From: a virus | Virus record (IMG/VR): IMGVR_UViG_3300022890_000019 | Span: 1-64,000 of that record | Length of the DNA stretch: 64,000 nucleotides | Reading direction: 5' to 3' (one strand) | Part shown: positions 17,961 through 30,500 of the stretch, one piece after another | Layout of the letters: the number at the start of each line of letters is the position of its first letter | Position numbering within the stretch: the stretch's first letter is position 1 | Translations under genes and position numbers: made by a program | The notes under the pieces: model-generated | Told to the model about the DNA's origin: nothing | Database searches by the model: none | What the model saw: only the letters and a program-made list of their open reading frames with translations

Positions 17961-18193
17961 TATTTATTGATGACAGTCTAATGCTTCCTGACAACAGTCA
18001 GTGGGAAAAAAGATTTGAAGTAAAATCAGAAACCTCAGACAGAGTTTATATAGTAGCTCAGAACAAACAGAAAAGACACTGGGCATGCAGCTGTCCAGGC
18101 TGGAAGAGATACCGTAAATGTAAGCATCTTCAAGAGATAGGATTACCTATCAATGAACAACCTCATGAAATAGAAATCAAATCAGCATATTAA
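17936..18193 (+). CDS. SWIM zinc-finger protein
   Basis: VKSETSDRVYIV...WACSCPGW...CKHL (CxC-xn-CxH). Confidence 0.85.
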   Translation: MDTETKPVIFIDDSLMLPDNSQWEKRFEVKSETSDRVYIVAQNKQKRHWACSCPGWKRYRKCKHLQEIGLPINEQPHEIEIKSAY

Positions 18194-18203
18194 AACCAAT
18201 ACT

Positions 18204-19253
18204 ATGAAAACAAGTTTATATTTTAGTTCTGGTGGATCCGATAAGGAATACCATGTACAGATAGATAATGGAACAGTTACCGTTCAGTATGGTAGAAGAG
18301 GATCTGCTCTAACGCAGCTAACGAAATGTGAAAACCTAGACCCCGTAAAAGCCGAGAAGCTTTATCAGAAAATCATAAGAGATAAGAAAGGTAAAGGATA
18401 TAGTGAAGGAGAGTCAGGTACTATCTATTCATCACCGGTAGATCCTAACCAGACAGGATACCAACCTCAGCTACTTAATGAGATTGACGAACCTACTATG
18501 AGACACCTCCTGGATAATGATGACTGGCTCATACAAGAGAAAGAAGATGGTAGGAATGCAGGACTTATCTATAGAGATGGTAAAGTCATAGCTGCCAATA
18601 AAAAAGGTCTAGCGATCTCTGTACCGACTGATATAGTAAATCCTATAGTAGATATCTTTAAAGTAGATTTTACTCTCTGTGGTGAGCTAGTAGGTGATGT
18701 GTTCAAAGCCTGGGATATCATCAACCATCCTTATATCTCTCATACTGTTCCTTACATCAGTAGGTATGAATTCCTTAAAACACATACTGACAAGCTAGGA
18801 GGTAGTAATATCATGCTTACCAAGACTGCTATCACGACACTAGAGAAGCATAACCTGTATAATGAACTTAAAGAGAGAAATGCAGAAGGCATGGTATTCA
18901 AACTTAAACATTCTCTATATAGCCCTGGCAGACCTAATAGTGGTGGAGATCAGCTAAAGTTTAAGTTCACAGCTACCTGCTCAGTGATAGTAGGTAAGAA
19001 GCATGAAGAGAAAAGGTCTGTTATGATGTGGATGTTCGACAAAGGAAATAGGATATTTGTTGGTAATGTTACTATCTATCCTAATCAGGAAATACCAAAA
19101 GAAGGATCAGTCATTGAGGTAAGGTATCTCTATGCTTACCCTAATGGTGGTAGTCTCTTCCAACCTGTATATCTAAATCCTAGAAATGATGTAGAACAGA
19201 TGGAATGTACTATGTCACAGCTAAAGTATAAAGCTGGACTTGTCACTGCTTAG
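18204..19253 (+). CDS. WGR-domain ATP-dependent DNA ligase
   Basis: N-terminal SDKEY...QYGRRG...KKGKGY (WGR); QEKEDG (motif I KxDG), [17 protein letters not shown]; C-terminal OB fold EVRYLYA...LFQP. Confidence 0.85.
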   Translation: MKTSLYFSSGGSDKEYHVQIDNGTVTVQYGRRGSALTQLTKCENLDPVKAEKLYQKIIRDKKGKGYSEGESGTIYSSPVDPNQTGYQPQLLNEIDEPTMRHLLDNDDWLIQEKEDGRNAGLIYRDGKVIAANKKGLAISVPTDIVNPIVDIFKVDFTLCGELVGDVFKAWDIINHPYISHTVPYISRYEFLKTHTDKLGGSNIMLTKTAITTLEKHNLYNELKERNAEGMVFKLKHSLYSPGRPNSGGDQLKFKFTATCSVIVGKKHEEKRSVMMWMFDKGNRIFVGNVTIYPNQEIPKEGSVIEVRYLYAYPNGGSLFQPVYLNPRNDVEQMECTMSQLKYKAGLVTA

Positions 19254-19255
19254 CT

Positions 19256-19564
19256 ATGAATGCCTTTACAGATAATTATAAACGCTATGATCCGGAAAGA
19301 GAAGGATACGGTGGTGCTAGCCAGTGGAGAAGAAATTTCTACAAGAGAGTATCACCAGATGAAGCTACTAGAATCCTTAACGAGAAAGATCCTTATGAAA
19401 TCCTCGGTGTACGAAGGAATACTACCAAAGAGGAAGTTAAAAAAGCATACCACAAGCTTGCTATGCAATGGCATCCTGACAAGAACCCAGGAAACATCAA
19501 GCAAGCTGAAGCTATGTTCAAGCAGATTAATGCAGCTTATTCACTATTAATATCTTATTTATAA
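19256..19564 (+). CDS. J-domain (DnaJ-like) co-chaperone
   Basis: DPYEILGV...[18 protein letters not shown]...FKQINAAY with intact HPD. Confidence 0.9.
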   Translation: MNAFTDNYKRYDPEREGYGGASQWRRNFYKRVSPDEATRILNEKDPYEILGVRRNTTKEEVKKAYHKLAMQWHPDKNPGNIKQAEAMFKQINAAYSLLISYL

Positions 19565-19576
19565 ATAATAATAACT

Positions 19577-20053
19577 ATGAACATTGAAGATTTTAAAATG
19601 GATTCAGTTAAGATACTGAACGATGACGTATCAATTGTGTACCATACCAGTACCGATGATGCAAAGAGAACCTACGATAAGAAGATCAAAGAGCTAAAGC
19701 CTCATCCTGACTTCTATGCTAAACTAAAGGCCTTTAAGCTTGATTACCTGGCTATCTTTGGATTCAAAGAAGAAGATATGGAGTCTACTATCAAAGGTAT
19801 CTCTGCTAACAAAAAGAATCAGATACAGATCAGTGGTATGATTAGTACTATGAATAACATACCTTGTAACCTGAATACTCCCTATGTCTCCAAAGAGTCA
19901 GAAGAGATGTCCTCAGAAGAAGAAGTCATCGATAAGAACCTGGAAGGACTCCGGACAGAAGCCTGGAAATATATTTGGGAGAGAAAGTCTAATCAGACAG
20001 AGATGGATTTTGATGGTGAAAAAAAAGAAGAGGAAACTCCTCCGGAAAAGTAA
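19577..20053 (+). CDS. Hypothetical acidic protein
   Basis: 158 aa; PHPDF and NLNTP motifs. Confidence 0.65.
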   Translation: MNIEDFKMDSVKILNDDVSIVYHTSTDDAKRTYDKKIKELKPHPDFYAKLKAFKLDYLAIFGFKEEDMESTIKGISANKKNQIQISGMISTMNNIPCNLNTPYVSKESEEMSSEEEVIDKNLEGLRTEAWKYIWERKSNQTEMDFDGEKKEEETPPEK

Positions 20054-20085
20054 TTTGTTATGTTGTTTAATTAATTTAGATGTGT

Positions 20086-20177
20086 AGGTTAAAACTGAGG
20101 CCTGAGAGACACGATAGTCCTTTTTCAGTAGTTTACTCATAGAATAAACGAAAGTCTCGTCAGGCTTCTATTAACCT
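20086..20177. other. Long intergenic stem-loop
   Basis: AGGTTAA/TTAACCT, GAGGCCTGA/TCAGGCTTC, GAGAC/GTCTC, inner GTTTA/TAAAC. Confidence 0.6.
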
Positions 20178-20193
20178 TTAAATAAGACCATAT

Positions 20194-20493
20194 ATGCCAT
20201 ACATAGACAGAACAGTTAATAAAATACCTAGTAATGCCATAAAAGCATCCTTAGATGATGTATCAGAACTCTATAATGATCACTGTAGAGATAGAAAGCA
20301 CAAAGAAGTAACAGTATATTGTAAGTCTACCATCACTGACCTCATCCATAAGTATAGGCTAAACGACAACTGGCAGTGGATAATACCCTTTATAGAGATA
20401 GGTAAGTGCTATGTGGTAAAGAAAAAACCCTCCTCAGCAAAGCCAAAGAGGGTAAAACCCAATACTACGATAAAAGATAAATTACTATTCTAA
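20194..20493 (+). CDS. Hypothetical protein (last gene of the + block)
   Basis: 99 aa; 3' end overlaps the convergent gene. Confidence 0.55.
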   Translation: MPYIDRTVNKIPSNAIKASLDDVSELYNDHCRDRKHKEVTVYCKSTITDLIHKYRLNDNWQWIIPFIEIGKCYVVKKKPSSAKPKRVKPNTTIKDKLLF

Positions 20494-20784
20494 GCCACTA
20501 AGCTTCTTAAAGAGTTTTATCAGCTCTTCTTTAGACAGCTTATCTAAGTCTACCGCTATAGTAGAAAAATACAATTCACTGACTGACTTCAAAGAGTTAT
20601 TACCTGTATTCTTTAATACTATATCTCCTAGGACAGATAACACCTCTTGACCTTTCTTGTTAGTAACGATAAACATGTTCTCAGGATCTTTAAAGTCCGG
20701 TTTTAATTTAAGAATAGGATTACCTTCTTTCTTTCCTTTTAACTTGTCAAGGATACTTTTGTTCTTTTGTTCTTTTTCTTCCAT
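20485..20784 (-). CDS. Hypothetical protein (last gene of the structural block)
   Basis: 99 aa. Confidence 0.6.
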   Translation of the reverse strand: MEEKEQKNKSILDKLKGKKEGNPILKLKPDFKDPENMFIVTNKKGQEVLSVLGDIVLKNTGNNSLKSVSELYFSTIAVDLDKLSKEELIKLFKKLSGLE

Positions 20785-20802
20785 TATATTATGTTTTTAA
20801 GT

Positions 20803-22899
20803 TTATGGTGCTGATATTTCATTGCTCATATATACAAAGGTAGCCATAATCTGAATGTCATCAGCATCACCAGTACCTCCATTCTTATCTACCTTTACCT
20901 CTATCAAATCTCCGTATGCTGCAGTGTTTTTTGTAGTTATTATATCTATACCTGTTTCATTAAGAGTTGTAGTAACTAACAGTCCCTTATTGGTATTAGA
21001 GGTAGAAATATAATCTGTAACAGTAGCACCAATACGTAGGTTGACAATAGGATCTACAGTACCGTCATCAGATTTATTGATAACAGAGAAATATACTAGT
21101 TTAGCATCTGGCTTTAACCATTGGAATCCTCCTGTACGAATACTGAATGTATCTAATACCGTAGTAATAGTATTTGCATTATAATTAGCTATAGGACCAA
21201 ACAAAATAGATTCAGTACATACCCTATCATAACCACCTATCCAAAGTCCTTCTAGCTCGTCAGCAGCTACTACCAGAGGATCTCCTTTGATGTCTATATA
21301 GGTAGCTGTTATATCATCTATTACCGCATAACGATAACTGGTATCACTATCTAGTTTAAACCTTACAGACATACCTTTTGCATAGTAATTTGTCAAGTCA
21401 ATAGTAGCTATCCTAGAAGTAGAACTTGGAGTTTCTGTATAGTCTGTTCCCGGGACAAGATAAGCCCAATTAGAATCTTTTCCACTATTTACATAAGCCA
21501 TAGGAATTTTTACAGTCCTATCCGATTGATTAATATCAGTGATAGCCATATAAGATCTAGAATTAATATCATCAGGACTAATGCTAGGTGTATCCAAATT
21601 TGAAATATCCATTGCTAAAGAGATATAATTCCCTGCATCAGTAAATTCTATCCCTCCTTGTATTGTAGGTCGTAATACTCCTGAACCTCCACTATAAAGG
21701 TAACCAGGAGCTGCAACTGCATCTACTGCTACAAGTTCATCACCAGCAGCACCAGAGACAGCAGCCCATACTGGAACATCACTAACTCCAAAATCAAATT
21801 TAAGAAAATGAGCAGCACCAGCAGCAGCTAGTCTCTTCCATTCTGTACCATCATGATATAAGATATCTCCTTTAACACCTGTACCAAACAACTTAGTCTG
21901 AAAGACAGGTACCGTATTACTTTGTATCTGGTTACTAGCATCTAATCCTATCAAAGTAATTATTGCATCAGTAGAAGGAGTATCTATCTGTAACGTTCCT
22001 GTCAACTCAGCATCACCACCTATCTTAGCTGCCATACTTGCTATTGCAGCACATCCTATTCCTATCGTTCCAAAGGCAGCAGCACCACCCCATCCAAGCA
22101 TCACATCTCCACCTGCTTCAGTAGCAGTAATATAGATGTCTCCTGCAACGCCTTCTCCGGCACCCTTTCCAGAATATAAAAGAAGATTACCACCATCAGA
22201 GTTTGCTGCTACATAGCTAGAAGCTCCTGCAGCAATAGTTAAATCTTTACCATCACCATCAGTAGTAATTTCTACAACCATACTTCTTGCACTATTGTTA
22301 TCAAATACAAAGTCTCCTGCATGGATATCACCATAGTCTAAATCTAGATCATCTCCTGCATTTACAGGACTTAATATACCTGCTGCTCTTTCCCATAGTA
22401 CGGCACCTATTAAGAAAGCTGAAATATCAGCAAGTTTAGGAGTATTATCAGTAGCATCATTAATTAGCACTTTATCAGTAGCAGGAACAAATGTTACTGT
22501 AGATAGGTTGCTAGGATCCATCTCTATCTGAAAGTCCATACCTGTACTCCCTGCATTATCTTTAGGAGTCAGCTTTAACCCACCCTTCTCCACCGCAGTA
22601 TCTATAGTACCTGCCACTGTACCATCAGCACCTACCATAAAAGGTAGTTGGTGAGGTCTTACTACCGTCTGCATAGAGGTAGCACTAGCACTGGTCCTTG
22701 CTATAGCATTAGCATTGGTAGCTAGCTTTACCAACCCTTGAGCTCCTTCTCCGGCAGTGTCACCTACCTCATCGAAGAAAGGCATAGAATCTAATAGATT
22801 TCTATATAGCATCTCATCGGGTTTGTTATATTGACGTAATCTCTTTCCTGAAGAAGTAGGATTAGATTGGAAAAAATAATTTCTTGAACGTTTAGACAT
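20803..22899 (-). CDS. Tail fibre / receptor-binding-type protein
   Basis: Gly/Ala/Asp/Thr-rich beta composition, QGLVKLAT and KGDILYHDGTEWKRL fibre motifs; lies in the virion block. Confidence 0.65.
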   Translation of the reverse strand: MSKRSRNYFFQSNPTSSGKRLRQYNKPDEMLYRNLLDSMPFFDEVGDTAGEGAQGLVKLATNANAIARTSASATSMQTVVRPHQLPFMVGADGTVAGTIDTAVEKGGLKLTPKDNAGSTGMDFQIEMDPSNLSTVTFVPATDKVLINDATDNTPKLADISAFLIGAVLWERAAGILSPVNAGDDLDLDYGDIHAGDFVFDNNSARSMVVEITTDGDGKDLTIAAGASSYVAANSDGGNLLLYSGKGAGEGVAGDIYITATEAGGDVMLGWGGAAAFGTIGIGCAAIASMAAKIGGDAELTGTLQIDTPSTDAIITLIGLDASNQIQSNTVPVFQTKLFGTGVKGDILYHDGTEWKRLAAAGAAHFLKFDFGVSDVPVWAAVSGAAGDELVAVDAVAAPGYLYSGGSGVLRPTIQGGIEFTDAGNYISLAMDISNLDTPSISPDDINSRSYMAITDINQSDRTVKIPMAYVNSGKDSNWAYLVPGTDYTETPSSTSRIATIDLTNYYAKGMSVRFKLDSDTSYRYAVIDDITATYIDIKGDPLVVAADELEGLWIGGYDRVCTESILFGPIANYNANTITTVLDTFSIRTGGFQWLKPDAKLVYFSVINKSDDGTVDPIVNLRIGATVTDYISTSNTNKGLLVTTTLNETGIDIITTKNTAAYGDLIEVKVDKNGGTGDADDIQIMATFVYMSNEISAP

Positions 22900-22916
22900 A
22901 ATAGTATTGTTTAAAA

Positions 22917-23405
22917 TTAAAATACTCTGTTGATAGGATCTGTAGTACCTGATATCTGCATGTATCCTATTCCATCTTGATCTTGCTCTACATAGTATAG
23001 GTCAAACAGTTCAAATATTTTGAGTATCGTAGCTACACTATACCCCTTGCAGTAGAATTTGTTTTGTATGTCTACAGTACAATAGGCATCTATATAATAT
23101 TGTGTTCCTTTATCTAATCCGGTAACACTTATCTCAGCGTCAAACTCCCTCTCTACTTGTATCATCTCAAGAAAGAGTAGTAAGTGATGTAGGTCCATCA
23201 ACTGTTGAGCCTTACATTTATCTTTATTACCAAAGACCTCGCTAGTAACTAAGTCGTCAAAGACTGCATTAGCTTCATCAAAGATAAGATTCCAGAAAGC
23301 TATTCTTTTCTCATCTCTGTCTTTAACCTGTATGTAACCACAGCAATCTATCTTATACATCACAATTGGGTTAGCTAATTGTGGTGATGGTGGTTTATAT
23401 CCCAT
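22917..23405 (-). CDS. Virion tail-associated protein
   Basis: Cys-containing; C-terminal GIGYMQI...RVF; synteny. Confidence 0.5.
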   Translation of the reverse strand: MGYKPPSPQLANPIVMYKIDCCGYIQVKDRDEKRIAFWNLIFDEANAVFDDLVTSEVFGNKDKCKAQQLMDLHHLLLFLEMIQVEREFDAEISVTGLDKGTQYYIDAYCTVDIQNKFYCKGYSVATILKIFELFDLYYVEQDQDGIGYMQISGTTDPINRVF

Positions 23406-23408
23406 ATC

Positions 23409-24503
23409 CTAGCAGGTTATGTCATTACTCTCTGCTGAATTGCAAAGACCACAACGGTTAGTAATTACTTTTAGCTTGTCTACCATACGACCTACCTGAG
23501 CCACATAGTTCTCTCTTGTTTCATCGATAGAGCCCATACCCATATACTGAAACTTGTCTACAGTGATATATTCTTCAATCTGCTTATACATCCCCCAGAT
23601 GAGATTCATATCATATCTTCTCTGAGCTATATTGTAAGTATCCTCACAGTCTTCATCACAAGGATCATTACACTTACAGATGACATATTTAAAGAGATTC
23701 TTGTAGCAGGTCTCTGCATCACAAAGATCATAGATGAGAAGTTGTGCTTTTAGCTCATCGGAAGTGTCAGTACTCTCCTGACCCCAGATTTCTACATAAT
23801 AGACTCCATCATCACCATCAGTATAATCTTCTAGGTCAATATTTATCTCTCCTCCACTGAACACTAGCTCATCGTCAAGTAATGTTCCATCATATCGATA
23901 TAGCTTTACCTCTCCTACCGTAATCGTTGCTCCACTGTTATCTGTAATAGTATGTTTATGACATGCTGTCTTAGTTATTGAATAGGCAGGACAGTTAGTC
24001 TCTACGTTTATCTCTGACCAGGTATAATCTTGATCTTCTGTTACTATAGAGTATACAAAGAGATCATAGATGTCTAAGCCTGTAGTAAAAGTACCGTCTA
24101 AAGGATTTGTCTCTCCTATAGCAATCAACCCCCATCCAGTAGTACCAAAGGCACCAGGCTCCCCAGAAGGGATAGCAGCACTCTGATAGTAGAAGTATCC
24201 ATCATGCCACACTATCTTATACTCTGTACTTGAATTATAGGTAGCAGTACCACTCCATATATCTGTAACAAAAGCTTTGATAGTGATAAGTGTCTTGTTG
24301 GTAGAAGGGATTGACCAGTCCGTATTATTGTATATATCATACCCATCTATAGAAGTGTAGAGATCGGAGGTATAGAACAATGCCACACCTAGATCTGACC
24401 TTTCTAATGTCTCATAGGGATAAATGGTAAGATCCTCTATAAAGATATAAGTACAATCTTGATCAGGATCAGCAAATATTCGAAAATTTAAGTCAGTAAT
24501 CAT
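23409..24503 (-). CDS. Virion tail hub-like protein
   Basis: Beta-rich N-terminus and Cys-rich helical C-terminus (CKCNDPC...CGLC) resembling crAss tail hub proteins. Confidence 0.5.
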   Translation of the reverse strand: MITDLNFRIFADPDQDCTYIFIEDLTIYPYETLERSDLGVALFYTSDLYTSIDGYDIYNNTDWSIPSTNKTLITIKAFVTDIWSGTATYNSSTEYKIVWHDGYFYYQSAAIPSGEPGAFGTTGWGLIAIGETNPLDGTFTTGLDIYDLFVYSIVTEDQDYTWSEINVETNCPAYSITKTACHKHTITDNSGATITVGEVKLYRYDGTLLDDELVFSGGEINIDLEDYTDGDDGVYYVEIWGQESTDTSDELKAQLLIYDLCDAETCYKNLFKYVICKCNDPCDEDCEDTYNIAQRRYDMNLIWGMYKQIEEYITVDKFQYMGMGSIDETRENYVAQVGRMVDKLKVITNRCGLCNSAESNDITC

Positions 24504-24519
24504 AATAGTGTAATTTATA

Positions 24520-24550
24520 CAAATTTAATATATCATTTATTCTTTGTCAA
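24520..24550 (-). promoter_or_regulatory. Bacteroidota sigmaA-type promoter for tail genes
   Basis: Minus strand reads TTG-ACAAAGAATAAATGATATAT-TAAATTTG (20-nt spacer). Confidence 0.7.
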
Positions 24551-27500
24551 CTAATAATCTGATTCTTTAACATCTCTGATTCCTAAACTAGGGAATGGGT
24601 CACTAATAGATCCTATAGCTGTTCTGTATTTTAGAATGTCTTTTACCTTCTTAGGACCAAAAGTAGCATCAACAATATCTAGTAAAATAGAAGTTACAGG
24701 GAAAGGATTTAAGAACCAGTCATAAGAAATCATCATCATATTAAGATCTTTGTACATCCAGTTTAACTTGATAAGCTTTTTGTCATTATCTTTTCCTACC
24801 ACAGCTCCACTAAGAGCAATTAAGAGAGAAAATACAGCAGTCTTAATAACAGTACGTGCTAAATTAAGTCTTCTCATAGGAGTCTGATTTTTCCACCAGG
24901 AGTCTAAGCCTTCATTCCTCATATTGGCTATTCCCTGTACAGCACCTACGAAGCTCTGCCATGCACCTTCTATCTCTATCCAATCTCTCTGAGTAACCCA
25001 CTCACCATTTTCTAACTGTATTGCTTTAAAGCCTGCTCCAAAAGAAGTTTTTCTTGGAGATGCAAAAAGACCTGCATTCCATATTTTATCTGCTGAGAAT
25101 ACTCTAAACTGAGAAGCAGCAGCACCTAGATAGTCATTACCTAATAACCACTTAGCAGTATTGTCCATACTACCTATAATAAATTTATCTCCATACCATT
25201 TTAATTGTTCTGAAGCTAGGGTATGATCATGTCCTCGATCTACTTTGGTAGCATCTTCTTCCATAAGACCCTGATCCTTTAACCTATTTTTAAGACCGTT
25301 TGGACCTTCTACTAGTACCTCTTGCTCTTTAGTCTGGGTACCATCTTCATTATAATATCTTTCGTCTTTTTTGATATCATACTGTATGTCTCCTTTTTCA
25401 TTAAGAGAATAAGCATCCCAACTACCCTCATGAATCATCCATCCTGCCATACCTACTAATCTAGCTTCTGCATCAGAAGCCCAGTTAGTGATATGAGCCC
25501 ACTGATCATTAAGAATATTCCCTTTGTTAGCTACATTAAGCCATGGACTATCTATAAGGTCTCTTTCTGTACGATTTACTAACTGGAACATAGCACCGAG
25601 TCTTCTAGCTTTTTTGAAGTTAGTAGCTACTTCATATCTTGCTTTATTAACATCTCCTGTAGTAGGCAGATAGATTTTTTGTGATTCATCTAATCCTATA
25701 TTTGCAATAGAGGCAGCTAAAGCATTTATCTGTTCACTCATTTCATTCCATATACCTGACTTAGCACCTATAGTCCACTTGTATCCTAGAGAGATCATAC
25801 TGAATGCACTAAGAGTAGCTCTAGCAAATGTTTTAACATCTACTGTTACCCCACCGGGAAGAGTGATCTTAACAGAAGTATCTTCATTCTTTTTCATAGC
25901 TAACCTATTGCTAAACATTTCAGCAAATCTTCTGTTGTTTACCATGAAGTCTTTAGAGTTCTTAGTAGATTCAAAGTATCCATAGACAGCATCTACATCA
26001 TTAAAAGCAGGCATATATCTATTTTCATATTCTTCTGTGCGGATCCCTTCCAATGTGTAATAGTTAATTATCTTCTCTAGGTTCGTACTTGCTAGCATAT
26101 TTTTAGATAAGTCTGCTACCGTTAAGCCATTCTTAGTATATAATAGTCCTGCTTGTTCATAAAGCTTATCCTTACTATTCATCTGTGAAGCAAAAACATT
26201 ACTGATAGTATTCATACCGCTAGTGAAAGCCATACGACTTTTATCATTTAAGTTGTCATCGATAAACTCATCATAGTTAACAAACCTTTGACCCATCCTA
26301 TCCCAGGCAGCTTTGAAGTTCCCTGATAACAATGTTTCATTTAGTCCTTTAGAGATAATAACCATAGTTCCCTTTTCTACAGATTCATCAAACTCTTTAG
26401 CAACCTCTGCCTTACTGATCTTTGAATTACCGAAAACATCTTTACCTTTTATATCACTTGTTCTACTATGATACCAGTTATCGATAGTCCTCTGACGGAA
26501 TGTCTTCCATACTACCTCCATCAGTGCTTTGTCATCTTCATTATGCTTAGGATTATTAAAGTCTAATATAGGAAGCATTATAGGTACAGTCTCCCCTTTC
26601 TTATAGGTTTTAAGACCTACCTTCTGGTCTTTCTCAAGGGTAAGGGTAGTGTGCTTAAATAAATGCTTATAATAAACACTACCTTCATCTTTAATTAGTG
26701 TTTCAGCAGCTACCTGTGGATGTAAAGCAATATAATTTTTGGCTACTTTCTGTGCTTTATCATATATCTGATTATGTATCTTCATGTAACGATCTACGAC
26801 TATAGAATTAACAAGTCTACCTTTAGATACTAGCATCTGTAAAAGATCATCTCTTACATTGTGGATAGGTACAAGATTCTTTTCGAACTTATTCATATCC
26901 TTGATAGAGTTTTTAAAGAAAACAGCTCCATAGCTTTCAAGTTCTAAGATACTCATAGAGACAAGAAGATCTTCATGATCTTTTTCTTTTTTATCTCTAT
27001 TCCTGCCCCGTAAATCTTTCTGCAGTGCTCTTAATGCTTTTACCTGATCATGAACAGTAGTATTCCTATCCATAAATAGCGTTGAGAGGCTTTCTGCTCT
27101 ATTGACATATCCATATCCATACTTGCGATATCCTTCATCATCCATAACTTTCTTTAGATACATCTGGAACCTTCTTACGAAAGACTGTTCGTATTTTGTA
27201 CTATCAGAGATTTTCTTGTCTGTGAATATATCTTTAACATCATCATTAACTAGGTTATTTAACCATTCATCTTGCTGAGACAGTACATTCATATTGCTAA
27301 ACATATCCTGGATGTCTAACATCATATAAGACTTAACATTGCTAGGTTGTATTTCTAGCACTCCCATGCCTCTGAACTTAACCTTACCACCACTAGCCTT
27401 CATCATGTTCATTATAGACATAGAGAGGATAGCTCTTCTGATATCGTATGCTGAGTTACTCCAAGTACCACCAGCTTCTATAAACTTATTATCTGTCATC

Positions 27501-30500
27501 ATAGTACCTAACAGTCTATTCCTATTTGCCGGTGCAAAAGGAACTTTGTCTTGTAAGGAGAAGGTAGTAACATCAAGGATAGAGAGATCTACAGTACCAT
27601 CGTCTTCGATACCGTGAATGGTAATCAGTGGATCAAAGCCTTCAAAGGCGCTATTGTATAATGCCCTGACAGCCTTAATATCGCTGTTTTTAAGGTCACT
27701 ATACTTCATTACAGTTTCAATCTTATCACCCAGGCCAAGATAGAAAGCCATATCTGTTACAGCTTTCTCGCTATATACATTACCAAAGGCCTTTTTAGCT
27801 GCATCATAGATAGTTTCCTTCTGGTCTATCACTAGGTTAATAAAGTTCTGTACATTGTTCTTATAGGATACCTCGAAAGAGTTAATATGAGGAACAATAT
27901 CTTTTTCTATAGCAGCCTCTAGCTGTTCATCAGTCATCGTATTAGGATAGGCAAAAGTCTTATCTAAGCTATGGAAGACATAGTTACCTGCATCATCGGT
28001 ATAGCTCTTCATCTTATGAAGTGTCGTTCTTACAAATTCTTCTGTGTTAAGCTCACCCATAGTATGTCCATACTCTGAATAAGGATTCACTATAGCTGCA
28101 AAGTCCTTAGTGGTATTTACTCCTTCTTGTAGGTAGAACTTATTACCTTCTTCTAGGGACCTGTAAGCGTCATCTAGCTGCCATATGTCATAGTTTACTG
28201 GATCAGTACCGTACGTTTGCCTACCAGTCTCGAGGAGGAAGTCTGAGACCTTACCTTCAGTGAATATCTTATCTAGCTTCTTCCTAAAAGGAAAGAATAG
28301 ATCATGAAGTGAATTGTTAACAAGTGTGTTGATAGAGGTTGCTATATTCAGTAAAGCATCTAAAGAGGTATTATCAGTAAAAAAGTCTCTGATACTCTCT
28401 TTAAGCATCACCTTCATAGCTGTATTCCTGTTGATTATCTGTGAAAGGATGGCCAGTACCTCATGAGTTACATCACCATCGGTAGTAGGTCTATTGTGTT
28501 CTTTAAGCTTTCTTACTACATGGTCACGGATAGGTTCTATCAGCTTATCTCCATTGTTAGCAGAGTCTATGATAGTGTTCTTAATAGTATTCCAGGTAGC
28601 AGGATCATTCATTATCATTATCCCATTCCTGAAATGCTGAAACTCATGGACAGGCATAGTAAAAGAGAACTTCTCTACATTCATATGTATACCATCACCG
28701 TCAAACATTCCAGAGGCTCCTTTTAAAGACTCAGTAGTACCTTCTGTAATAGGTACTCCTGTTACTTTTTCCTTTAAAGCATCCATCCACCGTTGTGCTG
28801 CCTTAGTTGACAGTCTACCTAGACTATGCTTTTTAAAGTCTATCATAGTATAGCGAGTCATAGACCCTTCTTTGCCTACATACTTGCTTAAAGCACTCAT
28901 AGACTTGTTGACAAACTTCTGTGCTTCTTCGGATCCTTCTATCTCTCTTACTAGTTCACCTTCTACAGTAGCTATAAACTCACTGTCTCCTTTCTTAATT
29001 TTATACTGTGCTTTTTGATTCTTCTCTTCCTGCTGTTTAGCTATCTTAATCTGATAGTTTTCCTTAGCTTGCTCGATCTGTTCTTCTGAGAGATCAGCTT
29101 TCACCCAAACAACGTTCGTTGGCTGTATTCTGAGGGCTCTGATCAACGTTCCCTCCTCAGTGGTATATAACCCTTCCAGACGGTCTACGTTCATATTAGC
29201 GTAGCTGTGTCCTCTGACATATGATAATGGTACCTGCTGGTTGTCTAATAGAAGATCTAGCTTCTCAGGACTCATCTTTACTATCTCCATAGTAGAAGTC
29301 ATATCCTTGACAGTATCAAAGCCACCTCTCTCACCGATTAGATATTCATAGTCGTACTTCTCAAAAGCATTACCGAAGAGATCCTGATCATTTTTTATCC
29401 TGGCAGTGAAGTTAGCAGTAAACCTCTTAAAGTCTTTACGCTTCATAATAGTCTCAGGGAAGATACCTAGGTCTCTAGCCTTACGGGTGAGGAAACTGCT
29501 CATACCCTCTTTATGCTGTACCCACTTGGTAAACCTCTCTACAAGGTCGGTAAGCCTATTCATATTCTTAGGCATCCACTCCATCTCTGCCTTAGTCATC
29601 TCAAGACTCATAGCTAAGCCATCTTCACCATAGTAGTGTTCTGTACCCATGATTTCATTGATACTTCCTTTACGGTAGTTAAAGCCTGTATTGATAAGCT
29701 GGTTGACCCTGTATAGCTCTTTTAGGTATTTAGGTAACCTGTCGAATTCTATAGCTAGATCTGATAGCTGCTGCTCGCTGAGGTTAAAGGCATCTGCTAG
29801 CCTGATATATTCTTTCCCCTCTTGTCCTTGCAGAACAAGGTTAGCGATAAACTTATTATTCTTGATAGCATCATGAAACTCATTGGTATAGTCTATCCCT
29901 ATAGCCTGTATAGCTCTGGAAGCATCACCGAAGTTCATAGTAGACATACTCCTGATAAGGTCATGAAACTGTGGGAACTGCCTTACAAAGAGTGTCCTTC
30001 CTTCTACATTATCTAGTGCTACCGTCTCGTAGTTAGACTCAGGAGAAAAATAGTTACCATCAATATCCTGAAGAGGTACTGCGATGTTAAACTTCCTTCC
30101 AGTAAATGATCTCTTAAAAAACTTATCCAGGAACAACTGCTGCATACCAGACTTAAAAGTATAAAACTGCTTTGCATAGTTAAAGACATTGTTAAGTTGT
30201 CCTTTCAAATAGTTAGGAGCAAAATAATCCCAGATCACTTTGTTGTCTTCCAGGAAAGTCTTAGAAGCCACCTCTCTCTGGTTGTTGATCTCATTATAAT
30301 AATCTTTAAAGTGTGTGCGTCTTACAAATTCAGAGATGTTAATAGCCTTGGCTATTTCTAGCTCATAGTCCAATAATTTCTCTGCTTCATTGTTAGCTTC
30401 ATCAAATTGTGAAGATATAAGCCTGGAATATTTATTATCCAGTTTCTTAAAGTTCTCTATATGACTCTCTGCATTCCACTCAGCACCTTGCATAAACTCC

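Noticed and set aside
20086-20177. Hammerhead ribozyme (CTGACGA ... GAAA on the minus strand)
   Set aside because: Stem II does not close next to GAAA, and the CTGACGA is sequestered in the long stem
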